A stretch of DNA of 64,000 bases from Macrostomum lignano (GCA_002269645.1 NIVC01000506.1:1-64000); one strand, 5' to 3'. Positions 48,675 through 60,159 are shown, counted from the stretch's first letter. Numbers and translations: made by a program. Notes: generated from the sequence alone by a model not told the origin.

Positions 48675-51600
48675 AGAGTTCATGCCGCCGCTCGTCGCTT
48701 CCTCGCCCAGGTCATCCAGGTCCTCTTCCTCGGCGTCCAGCACCAGGACATCCGCGTCCGCAGCAGGGCTGGAACGGCTGGGTTCCCCCGTCCCGGGTGC
48801 CATTGGTGCCCGCCTAAAAACCTTATTGACCAGGAAGGGCCTAAAGCGACGCACTGACGCTAATAACACTCCTACACAGCGGAACTCTAGCGAATGAGCA
48901 GCTTCCCGCACCGCTCTTGATGTCGATTTGTACTCGTCGACGCTCATGACAATCTTCGAGCGGCCGATCTTTTTCGTCGCTAGATCCTTTAACCCATTCA
49001 GTAACGCTCTCTTGACCTCAGCTACCGCCTGACGCGCCGAATATAACTGCCGGATTTCCGCCATCAACCTCGCAATTTCCGACGCGTTCCCACGTAAACA
49101 AGCGCGCTTCAATTTGTTGCGGACCGCTGTATTCACCGGCTCATCTTCGCTTCCCACACTCGGCTTCCCGATCAACTGCAGTCGACTTTCCTGCTCATCC
49201 TCGGTGTCATCCTCAGATTCTGACGATATTTCCACCTGCTCAAAGTACTCAGTCGGTATTGCCATCCCAGCTGGCAGTCTCAGTCGTGACAGAAACATTT
49301 TCGGCGCCTGCGCACCCTCGGGACCAAACTGTTCGTACACGATTCGCAGAAACGGATCACTCAATACTCGATACGCTTCATTTATTTCTTGTGCCTGCCG
49401 CCGAGCGCCTGGCCCCACCTTGTCTGGATGTGCGTGACGTATGCGCTGGTAGTAAGCCTTCTCGTCGGCATTCCCATGGTCCCGGCCTGCTCGATGTATG
49501 ATCGTGTAGTCAAAGCAGGCTAGCTGCTCCAGCCATCTCGCAGCTTGACCTTCCACATTCTTGAATGAATGCAGCCAGCGCAGACTGCTATGGTCGGTTC
49601 GAAGAATGAAGTGCTTCCCGAGCAGAAAGTACTTGAATTGGCGAATAAAGGTGACTACAGCGAGGAGCTCAACGCGGGTCGTGCAGTAATTCCGCTCTGC
49701 AGATGACAGGGTGCGTGATCCGTACGCAATGACTTTCTCCGACCCGTCCGGTTGCAGCTGAGATAGGACGCCTCCGATTCCCACTGACGAACTGCCATCT
49801 GTATCCAGGATGAACGGCGGTGCATCTGGAGCGAAGTTCGGGTACGCCATGACCTGTTCTCCGGTCAGCGCCTCTTTCAGCCGCTGGAAGGCTTCTTCTT
49901 GGGCCGATCCCCACTGGAACGGTGATGTAGATCTCGTCAGTTCCGTCAACGGTTCAGCTGTGTGCGAAAAATCTTGAATAAAACGCCGGTAGTAGCCAAC
50001 AGTGTCGAGAAACGCTTGCACATCCTTGACAGTGCATGGTGTCGGCCACTCGCGAATTGCTCGGACCTTCTCTGGGTCAGTTCCGATGCCGTCCGCCGAG
50101 ACTCGATGACCCAGAAAGCTCACTTCGGAACTGAGCAGCTCGCACTTCTTCGGATTCAGCTTTAGATTTGCATTTCTCAGCCGCTGAAAAATTTCACTCA
50201 ACCTGGCCAGATGATCTTCCACGGTGTTGGAAAAAACCAAAATGTCGTCCAGATACACGAGGCATATCTTCCAGGCCAATGGGTGCAGCACAGTTTGCAT
50301 GATGCGGCTGAACGTTGCTGGGCCGTTGGTGACACCAAACGGCATCACTAGCCATCGGAATTGTCCGCGGTGCGGCACAGCAAATGCGGTCTTGTCTCGG
50401 TCTTCTGCAGCCACCGGAACTTGATGGTAGCCAGATCGCAGATCTAGGGAACTGTACACGGCTGTTCCATGTAGCGCTTCTAGGGCTTCATCGACGCGAG
50501 GTAGCGGAATGGCGTCCTTAACGGTCACGTCGTTGACCCGACGATAGTCCACGCACATTCGAAGCGAATTGTCTTTCTTTCGCACACAGACCACTGGCGA
50601 GCTCCATGGGGACATTGCCTCTTCGATTTTTCCTTGCGCCAGAAGCTCATCAAGTTGCTCGTCAACTTCTGCTCTAAGATGTGGCGGCAGTCGTCGTGGA
50701 GCCTGTTTGATAGGTCTTGCCGTCCCCGTGTCGATTCGGTGCTCACTGACATTCGTTACCGTGGCCTCGGCAAGTTCGGTTGCAAATACGTCTCTGTTGC
50801 ACTGGATTAGCGCTTTGAACTTCGCCTCTTGCTCTGCCGACAAACCACAACTTCCCCAATTCTTCAGACCTGCTAGGAGCTCCTCGGCCGCCTCACTCTC
50901 TTCTTGGCGAGGCTTTTCCAGTGTCGGAGCTGCATCCTTGGCTTCACTCAACGTTGCTAGCGCGATGGGCTGCAGCGGATCGAGCGGATGGTACCACGCA
51001 ACTGTCTCGCCCTTGCGGATGGTGACAGGAACCTCCGAGAAGTTTGCCAGCCGTACGGGGACTCGAGCGTCTTCCGTGGGCATCACTAAGGACCTCGCTA
51101 ACACCGCGGAACCTGCGCGCTTCCGGTCTTGACTTTCCTCAATTACTCCTGGGCTTCTCGTGTATCGTCCTCTTCCACCCTTCATTAAGAATCGACCAGA
51201 TGCTATCTTCTCTGCTCCAGGCGGAACCACAATTCGCTCCGACGCTAGAATGCGACACACAGTCGCAGGCCGTTGGTGAAAACGTAGCGGAACGCTGGCA
51301 TCTGCTAGGTGAAGTACACCATCTTGAAAATCGATGCGGCAGTTGTGCTTAAGCAGAAAGTCGGCTCCCATTAACAGCTCGTAGGAAACCGACGAAGATA
51401 CTAGAGCTGTCATACTCAATTCGCTCTCGCCTATCACTAACGGAAGTTGGCAGATCGCACTGATGTTGATTGGGCTGCCGTTGGCAGCATGGATTGTTGA
51501 TTTATGAGGCTGAATGCTCGGTGGCGATTTTGTCCAAGTCTTTCTCACTCTCTGAAACAAAGCTTCATTTATGATCGTCACAGCAGCGCCCGAGTCGACA

Positions 51601-51764
51601 CATGCAGAGACCACCTGACCACCGATTTGACAGGACACGTACACACTGGTGGGATGCATCATCAGACTTGGTGTGTCGACCGGCTGCTGACTGGACGGGG
51701 GAGGTTTGGCTGACTGGATTAGAGGCCCTAGCTCCCCTTCCCAGGACCTCTGTTGAAGTTTCCC
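48660..51764 (-). CDS. Gypsy pol (aspartic protease, RT, RNase H) fused in frame to a partial J-domain and an unknown helical region
   Basis: CVDSGAAVTI (protease); LRMCVDYRRVN, LDLRSGYHQ, MPFGVTNGPATF and YLDDILV (RT); LDTDGS, VIAYGSR, ELLAVV and TDHSSL (RNase H). After HRAGRDHGNAD it continues EKAYYQRIRHAHPDK...QEINEAYRVLSDPFLRIVYEQFGPEG. No stops; the stop codon lies in the satellite. Confidence 0.9.
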   Translation of the reverse strand, partial: GKLQQRSWEGELGPLIQSAKPPPSSQQPVDTPSLMMHPTSVYVSCQIGGQVVSACVDSGAAVTIINEALFQRVRKTWTKSPPSIQPHKSTIHAANGSPINISAICQLPLVIGESELSMTALVSSSVSYELLMGADFLLKHNCRIDFQDGVLHLADASVPLRFHQRPATVCRILASERIVVPPGAEKIASGRFLMKGGRGRYTRSPGVIEESQDRKRAGSAVLARSLVMPTEDARVPVRLANFSEVPVTIRKGETVAWYHPLDPLQPIALATLSEAKDAAPTLEKPRQEESEAAEELLAGLKNWGSCGLSAEQEAKFKALIQCNRDVFATELAEATVTNVSEHRIDTGTARPIKQAPRRLPPHLRAEVDEQLDELLAQGKIEEAMSPWSSPVVCVRKKDNSLRMCVDYRRVNDVTVKDAIPLPRVDEALEALHGTAVYSSLDLRSGYHQVPVAAEDRDKTAFAVPHRGQFRWLVMPFGVTNGPATFSRIMQTVLHPLAWKICLVYLDDILVFSNTVEDHLARLSEIFQRLRNANLKLNPKKCELLSSEVSFLGHRVSADGIGTDPEKVRAIREWPTPCTVKDVQAFLDTVGYYRRFIQDFSHTAEPLTELTRSTSPFQWGSAQEEAFQRLKEALTGEQVMAYPNFAPDAPPFILDTDGSSSVGIGGVLSQLQPDGSEKVIAYGSRTLSSAERNYCTTRVELLAVVTFIRQFKYFLLGKHFILRTDHSSLRWLHSFKNVEGQAARWLEQLACFDYTIIHRAGRDHGNADEKAYYQRIRHAHPDKVGPGARRQAQEINEAYRVLSDPFLRIVYEQFGPEGAQAPKMFLSRLRLPAGMAIPTEYFEQVEISSESEDDTEDEQESRLQLIGKPSVGSEDEPVNTAVRNKLKRACLRGNASEIARLMAEIRQLYSARQAVAEVKRALLNGLKDLATKKIGRSKIVMSVDEYKSTSRAVREAAHSLEFRCVGVLLASVRRFRPFLVNKVFRRAPMAPGTGEPSRSSPAADADVLVLDAEEEDLDDLGEEATSGGMNSHVSG
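51725..51764 (-). promoter_or_regulatory. gag-pol programmed -1 ribosomal frameshift signal
   Basis: G GGA AAC heptamer (plus-strand GTTTCCC, 51758-51764) in the gag frame; the -1 frame is pol. A possible stem AGGTCCT...AGGGCCT starts ~8 nt downstream. Confidence 0.75.
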
Positions 51765-52866
51765 GACCGACAATTCTTGGCCAGATGACCCGGCTGGTTG
51801 CACGCGTAGCAACGCCTCGGACCGCCGGTCCTCGCCGCTGGATTCGACTGCGGTTGCTGCATCATTCCGGAGCGACTCGGGCACTCGCGCGCTAGGTGGC
51901 CGATGTTTCCACACTGAAAGCAAGCACCGGCCTGCCTCTGCTGCTGCCCTGCCAGATGACTAGGGGTCGCGCCATACACGCAGGCCCCTCTGCCACCTTG
52001 CAACCCGGGCCCCGGGCCGCGCGAATGCGCAGACCCAGAAGACAAGGGTGCAGCAGACCGTTGAGGAGGCGGTGCCTGATTCAGCCGCTTCAACTGCCCT
52101 TCCAGGTCTCGAATCCGCTGTTGAAGTTCTTCTAATCCGTCTGAACTGGTGCCTCGGTATTCACCGCACCAACGGTCGAAGCAATTTTCCGGTAAACCTG
52201 TTCTGAACCTGTCGGCTTGGCGGCTCGACCGGCGGCCTCCTTACGTCGCACGCAACGAACCGCATCCGTAAGGGTGGCGGGTTGCTGCAGCATAACGTAC
52301 TCTTTGACATGTTCCGGTGCTCGGATGCCCTTCTTGAAGCGGTCTCTGGCAAAGCTGTTGATGATTCCGACTGGCATGTCTTCATCTGGGTACGCGTTCC
52401 TTGCTAACTCTAACAGCACATCCGCATAAGTCTCATACGTCTCGCCCTCTTTTTGGACTCGCGACTCCAGCTCCAGCTTGAAATCCTCGGCCGTGCGGTG
52501 CTGCTGGAACCTTTCTAGGAGTGCATCGGTGAAATCATCATACGTGGTACCCTCCTCCAGCTGAATATTCTCCACTGCCGCGAAAGCCGTATTTAGATCC
52601 AAGAAGCTGAGGAGATGAGGCCGGCGATCGTCTTCCACTATCTGCGATGCTTCACAATAGGCATTGAACCTCTGCAACCATAGCCTGAAATTATCTCCAA
52701 TGCAGTACTTCGGGGGCTTCGCTGGCCGCTGTACATTCTGTGCCACGTTGATGTCCTGCTGCAACGCCCGACGAACTGACGCCGACATTAACTCCACCAG
52801 TCTATTCACACCTTCGTCTCCCATCACGACAGCGCAATCGTATGCTCGACACCGACAGAAAAACAA
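51728..52866 (-). CDS. Gypsy gag, split by a frameshift near 52135, with two CCHC zinc knuckles
   Basis: Capsid-like region KPPKY...FRLWLQRFNAY...LESRVQKEGETYETYADVL (52866-52132). In the -1 frame it continues GLEELQQRIRDLEGQLKRL, CFQCGNIGHLAREC and CYACNQPGHLAKNC. Confidence 0.85.
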
Positions 52867-52981
52867 CGACGTAAAAACGACACTAACAAATCGGAAGCAA
52901 TCCCTCCTCCAAACAGATCCCTAGCAGCACTAATCTAAACTATTCTAACACGAGCTCATAAACACCCTCAAGCACAATACT

Positions 52982-52999
52982 ATCCTGGTCACGGCACCA
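52982..52999 (-). promoter_or_regulatory. Primer binding site complementary to the tRNA-His 3' end
   Basis: TGGTGCCGTGACCAGGAT, one base after the LTR end ...CACAACA; complementary to the invertebrate tRNA-His 3' end ATCCTGGTCACGGCA-CCA. Confidence 0.88.
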
Positions 53000-53000
53000 A

Positions 53001-53784
53001 TGTTGTGTCCCGAGACGGACCAGCCAGCTACGTCTTGCGCTCTGTACGAGCAGGAAAACGCAGCCCCAGTCCTGCTGCTTGCCAACCCACTGTCGCACAA
53101 ACGCGCAGGCAGTAGGCCAGCAACCAGGGTCGCAGCGAACGCACAGGCCCCGGTGACAAAGTCCTAGAGGCACTTGACCCCGAAATAACAGGAACAGAAC
53201 GATACTTACTGTGGCGCGGATACTTGGCGCGCTGGGCGTCTATGTTGAACACGATTGTTGGCACGCTTGTTTTTGGTTTATTGTCATATACTATTTGCGG
53301 CGAAGGAGTCAGAGGAGAAGCGGTCGCATGGGGGGGGGAGAGGACAGGAGCGCACGCCAATAAATATCTGCCAGCACAACATGGGGTGGGGCAAAAGCCG
53401 CAGGGTAAGAGAAAAGGCGGGGTGCGTAGAGAGAGCGAGCGGGGATTGGCTGCAGCCACACAAAACGCGACTGGGGGGGTAGAAAACCAGAATTACAGAA
53501 AACAGCGACAGCCAATGAGAGAGCACGGAGGGGGAGGGATAATAATAATCAGGGGTGAGAAAGTTGCAGACATAGGCTGGACAAATAAACAACTACAATA
53601 ATAGTTCATCAATTGATTGGGTCTAGTGCAGTGGCACCAAAAAAATAAATAAAGTACTCTAAGAAAATAGCTCACAGCAAGTTGCAAGCATGGAAGGGTG
53701 GGGAGGGTTGGCAGAGGGAGAGAGAGAGAGAGAGATAGAGAGACTACAGTAAGGGCAAATACATTGAGTTACGAATTCACAACA
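53001..53784 (-). mobile_element. 5' LTR (784 bp) of the gypsy element
   Basis: Starts TGTTGTG (minus, 53784) and ends CACAACA (53001), a perfect 7-bp terminal inverted repeat. It is followed by the PBS and abuts the satellite. Confidence 0.85.
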
Positions 53785-54689
53785 GATGATTTACCCAGAG
53801 ACATGCAGGTGATTTACCCTGAGACATGCAGGTGATTCACCCTGAGACTTGCAGATGATTTACCCTGAGACATGCAGATGATTTACCCTGAGACATGCAG
53901 ATGATTCACCCTGAGACATGCAGGTGATTCACCCTGAGACATGCAGGTGATTTACTCTGAGACATGCGGGTGATTTACCCTGAGACATGCGGGTGATTTA
54001 CTCTGAGACATGCGGGTGATTTACCCTGAGACATGCGGGTGATTTACTCTGAGACATGCGGGTGATTTACTCTGAGACATGCGGGTGATTTACCCTGAGA
54101 CATGCGGGTGATTTACTCTGAGACATGCAGGTGATTCACCCTGAGACATGCGGGTGATTTACTCTGAGACATGCGGGTGATTTACCCTGAGACATGCAGG
54201 TGATTTACCCTGAGACATGCGGGTGATTCACCCTGAGACATGCAGATGATTCACCCTGAGACATGCAGGTGATTTACCCTGAGACATGCAGATGATTCAC
54301 CCTGATACATGCGGGTGATTTACCCTGAGACTTGCAGATGATTTACCCTGAGACATGCAGGTGATTTACCCTGAGACATGCGGGTGATTCACCCTGAGAC
54401 ATGCAGATGATTCACCCTGAGACATGCAGATGATTTACCCAGAGACATGCAGGTGATTTACCCTGAGACATGCAGATGATTCACCCTGAGACATGCGGGT
54501 GATTTACCCTGATACATGCAGGTGATTTACCCTGAGACATGCAGATGATTCACCCTGAGACATGCGGGTGATTTACCCTGAGACATGCAGGTGATTTACC
54601 CTGAGACATGCGGGTGATTTACCCTGAGACATGCAGATGATTCACCCTGATACATGCGGGTGATTTACCCTGAGACTTGCAGATGATTT
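53785..54689. repeat. 23-bp satellite, right arm
   Basis: Same unit family as 48083-48674, with more GCGGGTGA variants. Confidence 0.97.
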
Positions 54690-56056
54690 CAATGTTTCTG
54701 AGAACACGAAATACATTGTAAGCTATTTTAATTGTAAGGTAAAGCGCACAAAGAGGAAATGAAATTCAGTTTGCCCATTTTTATTGTTAGAAATAAGCAA
54801 CAGAGAATGAAGGATATCGCTGAGATCAATATTTGCTGCAAAAATAGACGAAACGAGGCTGAAAACCATCATCATACTACCGGCATCTTCGCTCACTGCG
54901 GTCTGCTCTTTTATTTTCAAGTTCTTGGAAAAATCTAATTTTGAAATGGCGCCAGACTGCCAAAGTTTGTTAAATAGAGACAAACAAATCAACGTGTTGG
55001 TGAAGTGGGTTAAAAAATAATTATTTAAGAGCAGCCAGTTACCTCATAGTTAGCAACTGGTGGCGTGCAAAACCTGCACAGAATCGGAAATCAAACAGGT
55101 AAAAAATTATTGGATTTTAACGAGACGCTTTGCAGCCTTTCATCCTCATGGGTTTCCCCGCCGTTAAAAAGCGACATAAAAGCAGAGAGTTGAATTCGGA
55201 TGCGGTGCAGGCAGGGGGCGCAGTGTTGAAGCTCCGTGGCGCATTGATCTATTATAATGGCGCACTTCGCAGACTACTTACAGTTTTATGTGTAAGTAGT
55301 CTATTCAGGAAATACATGTACTCTATTCAAACAGCAACAAAATGATTGGGCGACACGGAAAACAAAGTTTTTTTGTACTTTTAGAATCTTTTTTGTCGCA
55401 GTGGAACAGCAAAAGCACCAGAAAATAACTGACACAAACGGAGCAGTGGCAAAGCATCCCCAGGTGCTGGCAGGGTTCGACATCAACACGAATTTCATAA
55501 CTAAAAATATTGAATACAGAGAGAAACTCGCTTTCAAATTCATGGTCATGGTCAAAGCATGCCGACACAGATTCGCTGTTATGCTACTGTTAGTAGTGTG
55601 GGCTCTCGGGGAAGCATTACGTCTAAACTTTCGAACTACCAAAAATATCAATAACCAGTAGACCGGTGAACCACAGCACTAGCAAAAATCTACCGACATG
55701 TGTCGAAAATAACGTATCCTGTATATAGTGAACTGAATCACAACAGCATGCGATGCAACAGCTACATGTGCCGTTCAATTGAAGAAAATGGCGCCTGTAA
55801 AGGTGAAAAATACCGGGGGGGGGGTAAAAAGCGGCATCTCATTGGTAAGAGCGCACGATATGATATTGAAGGCTGAGTAACATGTGCATGGATGCCGTAG
55901 TGAGAGAACAGATAGGATTTGCTGGCGTGGCGGCTCGCCCCGCTACCGACTACTTCAAGTAGCCAGCTGTGGGAAAATTAGTTTGAAATTTAATGGAGAA
56001 TGAAAAATATTACAGAATGACGCCACCAGCTCTGCTGGTCCCCGCGGGCAGCAGCC

Positions 56057-59000
56057 TCACGGCGCTTCCTCCATGGCCGACGGCCCGTCCGCCTCGCCGC
56101 CCTCCTGAATGTCCGGCAGGCAGTTGGACAGCTCGTGCCGGCAGGTCATCAGGTGCAGCTGGGTGGTGATGTTGCGCAGCGAAGGATCGCCAGCTGCCTC
56201 GCAGCCGCTGTTCGCAGCCTCCCGACCGGCCACGCCGGTGGCAGCGCCGTCGCTGCAGCTCTCCAGCACGGCGTCCGTCAGCGACTCGATGAGCAGCGTT
56301 TCGATTGGCTGGCTGGGGTCCAGCAGGCGGTCCTGTGGGACCAGCTGGTGCAGCACGTCTGCCACCTGCCAGGGTGGGGCGGCCGGGGTGGATGACAGCA
56401 GGCTTACAGCAATAATATGACAGGGTTACAGCTTAAATGTGACAGGCTGACAGCTTAAATGTGACAGGCTTACAACTTTGAAGTGACAGGCTTACAGCTT
56501 AAATGTGACAGGCTTACAGCTTTGAAGTGACAGGCTTACAGCTTACAGCTTTGAAGTGACAGGCTTACAGCTTTGAAGTGACAGGCTGACAGCTTAAATG
56601 TGACAGGCTGACAGCTTAAATGTGATAGGCTTACAGCTTAAATGTGACAGGCTTACAGCTTTGAAGTGACAGGCTGACAGCTTAAATGTGACAGGCTGAC
56701 AGCTTAAATGTGACAGGCTGACAGCTTAAATGTGACAGGCTGACAGCTTAAATGTGACAGGCTGACATCAATAATATGACAGGCTGACAGCTTAAATGTG
56801 ACAGGCTTACAGCTTTGAAGTGACAGGCTGACAGCTTAAATGTGACAGGCTGACAGCTTAAATGTGACAGGCTGACAGCTTAAATGTGACAGGCTGACAG
56901 CAATAATATGACAGGCTGACAGCTTAAATGTAACAGGCTTACAGCTTTGAAGTGACAGGCTGACAGCTTAAATGTGACAGGCTGACAGCTTAAATGTGAC
57001 AGGCTGACAGCTTAAATGTGACAGGCTGACAGCTTAAATGTGACAGGCTGACAGCTTAAATGTGACAGGCTGACAGCTTAAATGTGACAGGCTGACAGCT
57101 TAAATGTGACAGGCTGACAGCTTAAATGTGACAGGCTGACAGCTTAAATGTGACAGGCTGACAGCTTAAATGTGACAGGCTGACAGCTTAAATGTGACAG
57201 GCTGACAGCTTAAATGTGACAGGCTCACGGATCTAAAGCGACAAGCGAGGCTGAAACAAAAAAAATCAAGACGAACCTGCAGCTCTTGCGGCGGCATCGG
57301 CTGCGGCTGCTGCAGTTCCATAGGCACCGCAGCGGGCATCAAGGACGGCGACGCGGCATCCGAGGACATCGACGAAGACATCTGGCCGGTGCCGCTTCCG
57401 CTAGCCTGTCGGCAGTTTCCTCTGCCTGTTGCAGCGGCGGCGGCGGCGGCGGCTGCAGCAACGGCAGCATGCCGCTTCTTGAGCATCTCGGGGCTCTTGG
57501 TGACGTCGGCTGTGGCGGCGCGGCGCCGGTAGCTCGCGCGGTCGCGCACGCCGTAGTCGATGGTCCAGTAAGACGACTTGCCCGTCTGCTCGTTTTGCAC
57601 GCGAACGAACTTGCTGTGCAGGGAGAGGTTGTGGCGCACCGAGTTCTGCAACCGGGGTCAGGCGGGGACAAAGGTCAGCGAGTGCGGCATTTGAATCTCA
57701 TTCTTGAGATCGCATGAGACTGTAGAATCTGATGCTTGAGATCGCATGAGACTGTAGAATCTGATGCTTGAGATCGCATGAGACTGTAGAATCTGATGCT
57801 TGAGATCGCATGAGACTGTAGAATCTGATGCTTGAGATCGCATGATACTGCAGAATCTGATGCTTGAGATCGCATGAGACTGTAGAATCTGATGCTTGAG
57901 ATCGCATGAGACTGCAGAATCTGATGCTTGAGATCGCATGAGACTGTAGAATCTGATGCTTGAGATCGCATGAGACTCTAGAATCTGATGCTTGAGATCG
58001 CATGAGACTGCAGAGAATCTGATGCTTGAGATCGCATGAGACTGTAGAATCTGATGCTTGAGATCGCATGAGACTGTAGAATCTGATGCTTGAGATCGCA
58101 TGAGGCTCTGAAATGTTAACTCTGAGCTTTACTATGAGATTTTTGGAATCTCATCCTGGAGATTCTAATATTTAATCCATGAGATATACGTGAGATTCAA
58201 ACATTTAATCTCTGAGATTTACATGAGATTTTAATATCTAATCCCTGGGATATACGTGAGATTATAACATCTAATCCATGAGATATACACGAGATTATAA
58301 TATCTACACACGGCAAGTGCATTAACTCTATCAGCACAGATTTATGCACTCTGGTTGCTGCAAGTCGCTCTGAGCACACAGCAGCAGCAGACCCACCTTC
58401 CACCCGGCGGAGCTGTTGGTGTCCCCCTTGTTGCCGAAGTAGCTGATATTCTTGATCATCCAGTCGTAGATCTCGGACAGAGTCAGGCGGCCATGCGGGC
58501 TGGACTCGATGGCCTGGGAGATCAGGTCCGCGTAGCTCTGGTTGCCCCAGGCGTTGCGACGCTTCTGTGAAGCCGACGAAGCGTGCAGGTGCTGCCACTG
58601 GCCGTCAGAGGGGCGCGGGCTGAGCGAACTGCGGGCGCTGCCGGCGCTGTGATGGAATGGGCTGTGCCTGGCCGAGCTGCGGGGGAGGCGGGGGCGGAGC
58701 TGCAGCTCAGTTTAGTGGCAGGCCTAGCGGCTGAAACAGCAATAAGCCGATCTGACACATTCACGACCGATCTGACACATTCATGATGCAGCCTGACACA
58801 TCCATGACCGATCTGATACATATTCATGATGCAGCCTGACACATTCACGACCGATCTGACATTCATGATGCAGCCTGAGACATTCACGACCGATCTGACA
58901 CACATTCATGATGCAGCCTGAGACATTCACGACCGATCTGACACACATTCATGATGCAGCCTGACACATTCACGACCGATCTGACATTCATGATGCAGCC

Positions 59001-59791
59001 TGAGACATTCACGACCGATCTGACACACATTCATGATGCAGCCTGAGACATTCACGACCGATCTGACACACATTCATGATGCAGCCTGACACATTCACGA
59101 CCGATCTGACATTCATGATGCAGCCTGAGACATTCACGACCGATCTGACACACATTCATGATGCAGCCTGACACATTCACGACCGATCTGACATTCATGA
59201 TGCAGCCTGACACATTCACGACCGATCTGACATTCATGATGCAGCCTGACACATTCACGACCGATCTGACAGTAATGACCCAAGCTGACACAGAAATAAC
59301 CCGATCTGACACAGTAATGACCCGATCTGACATCATTCACGGCTAGAGATGATAATGACAGAATCATAACAAAAGATAACATTGTATGACCAAAGCTGAC
59401 GATAAGACACGACATCTTCTTCAACAATTTTGCTGTCACGGCAGCCAAGACATTTCAACCAGAAAGCCTCTGCACCCAAATCTGATCTCAGAGAGACTCC
59501 GCCGTCCCGCTCTGCTCACCTCTCAGCGCTCGGCCCCAGCTCAGGAGTCCCGGACAGTCCGCTGGGAAACGGCGACTGCGGGCAGTGGACGGTGAGCGGG
59601 GCGACCGAGCCAAGCTGCTCAGCTGGCCTGTCCGAGCAGTGCCAGGTGGACGAGCGCGGCCGAAAGTCGACGCAAGACTCGGCGCTAAACTGCGTCTCGA
59701 GCTGGTGCGGCAGGCCGATCATGTCGTCCATGTCGTCGCTGTCCAGGCTGCCGGCGGCGAAGTCGGGGTCGGGCTTGCACAGGGAGTCCAT
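56057..59791 (-). CDS. foxO: Forkhead box O transcription factor, 409 aa; exons 59791-59520, 58676-58397, 57645-57277, 56365-56057
   Basis: ACCGCCATGG start context; FRPRSSTW (Akt site 1); RRNAWGNQSYADLISQAIESSPHGRLTLSEIYDWMIKNISYF..KGDTNSSAGWK, then NSVRHNLSLHSKFVRVQNEQTGKSSYW; RRRAAT (Akt site 2). All junctions are GT-AG and exons total 1230 nt in frame. Confidence 0.92.
56415..57225. repeat. 22-bp minisatellite (TGACAGGCTGACAGCTTAAATG) in foxO intron 3
   Basis: Direct reading. Confidence 0.96.
57704..58104. repeat. 32-bp minisatellite (GAGATCGCATGAGACTGTAGAATCTGATGCTT) in foxO intron 2
   Basis: About 12 units read directly. Confidence 0.96.
58747..59340. repeat. ~39-43-bp minisatellite (ACATTCACGACCGATCTGACATTCATGATGCAGCCTG) in foxO intron 1
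   Basis: Direct reading. Confidence 0.95.
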
Positions 59792-60159
59792 GGCGGTGCG
59801 GGAAGCGAGATGCGTGCAGGTGTGCGGGACTCCGGGACTCACATGCAGCTCAGTGCTGGCATGCACAGGAAAAAGTGCATCAGGGGTAATAAGATCGGCG
59901 TGATGTGCATCTTAATTAACTATCTTAATTCATTTAGACACCACAGTCTGCAATTGCAATATTGAGCAATACATATTTCAATCGCACAAGGCTCAGGTCT
60001 ACTTACTACCATGCAAATCCAAGCACTTTTTAGCTCTGCTACTTAGCAGGTCTTTAAAGTTGAATCTCGCAATTAATTCTGTAGAATACAGTCAGCTCAA
60101 GAGCACTAAGGGCAAAGTGCAGAAAAAGGACATGACAAACCCAAACAGACCTTTAAACA

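Larger units (their letters stand above)
48675..53784 (-). mobile_element. Ty3/gypsy LTR retrotransposon derivative: 5' LTR, PBS, gag, pro, RT, RNase H, no integrase, no 3' LTR, J-domain tail
   Basis: See the component features; all are on the minus strand in canonical order up to RNase H. Confidence 0.92.

Noticed and set aside
30757-53784. A single DIRS-like element using the tyrosine recombinase in place of the missing gypsy integrase
   Set aside because: The YR relic is ~17 kb away, separated by host exons and genes, is Crypton-type and dead; the retroelement has an ordinary LTR and PBS.
58522-58905. Listed 127-aa ORF as the foxO exon
   Set aside because: Wrong frame; the forkhead sequence is in another frame starting after the acceptor at 58677-58679.
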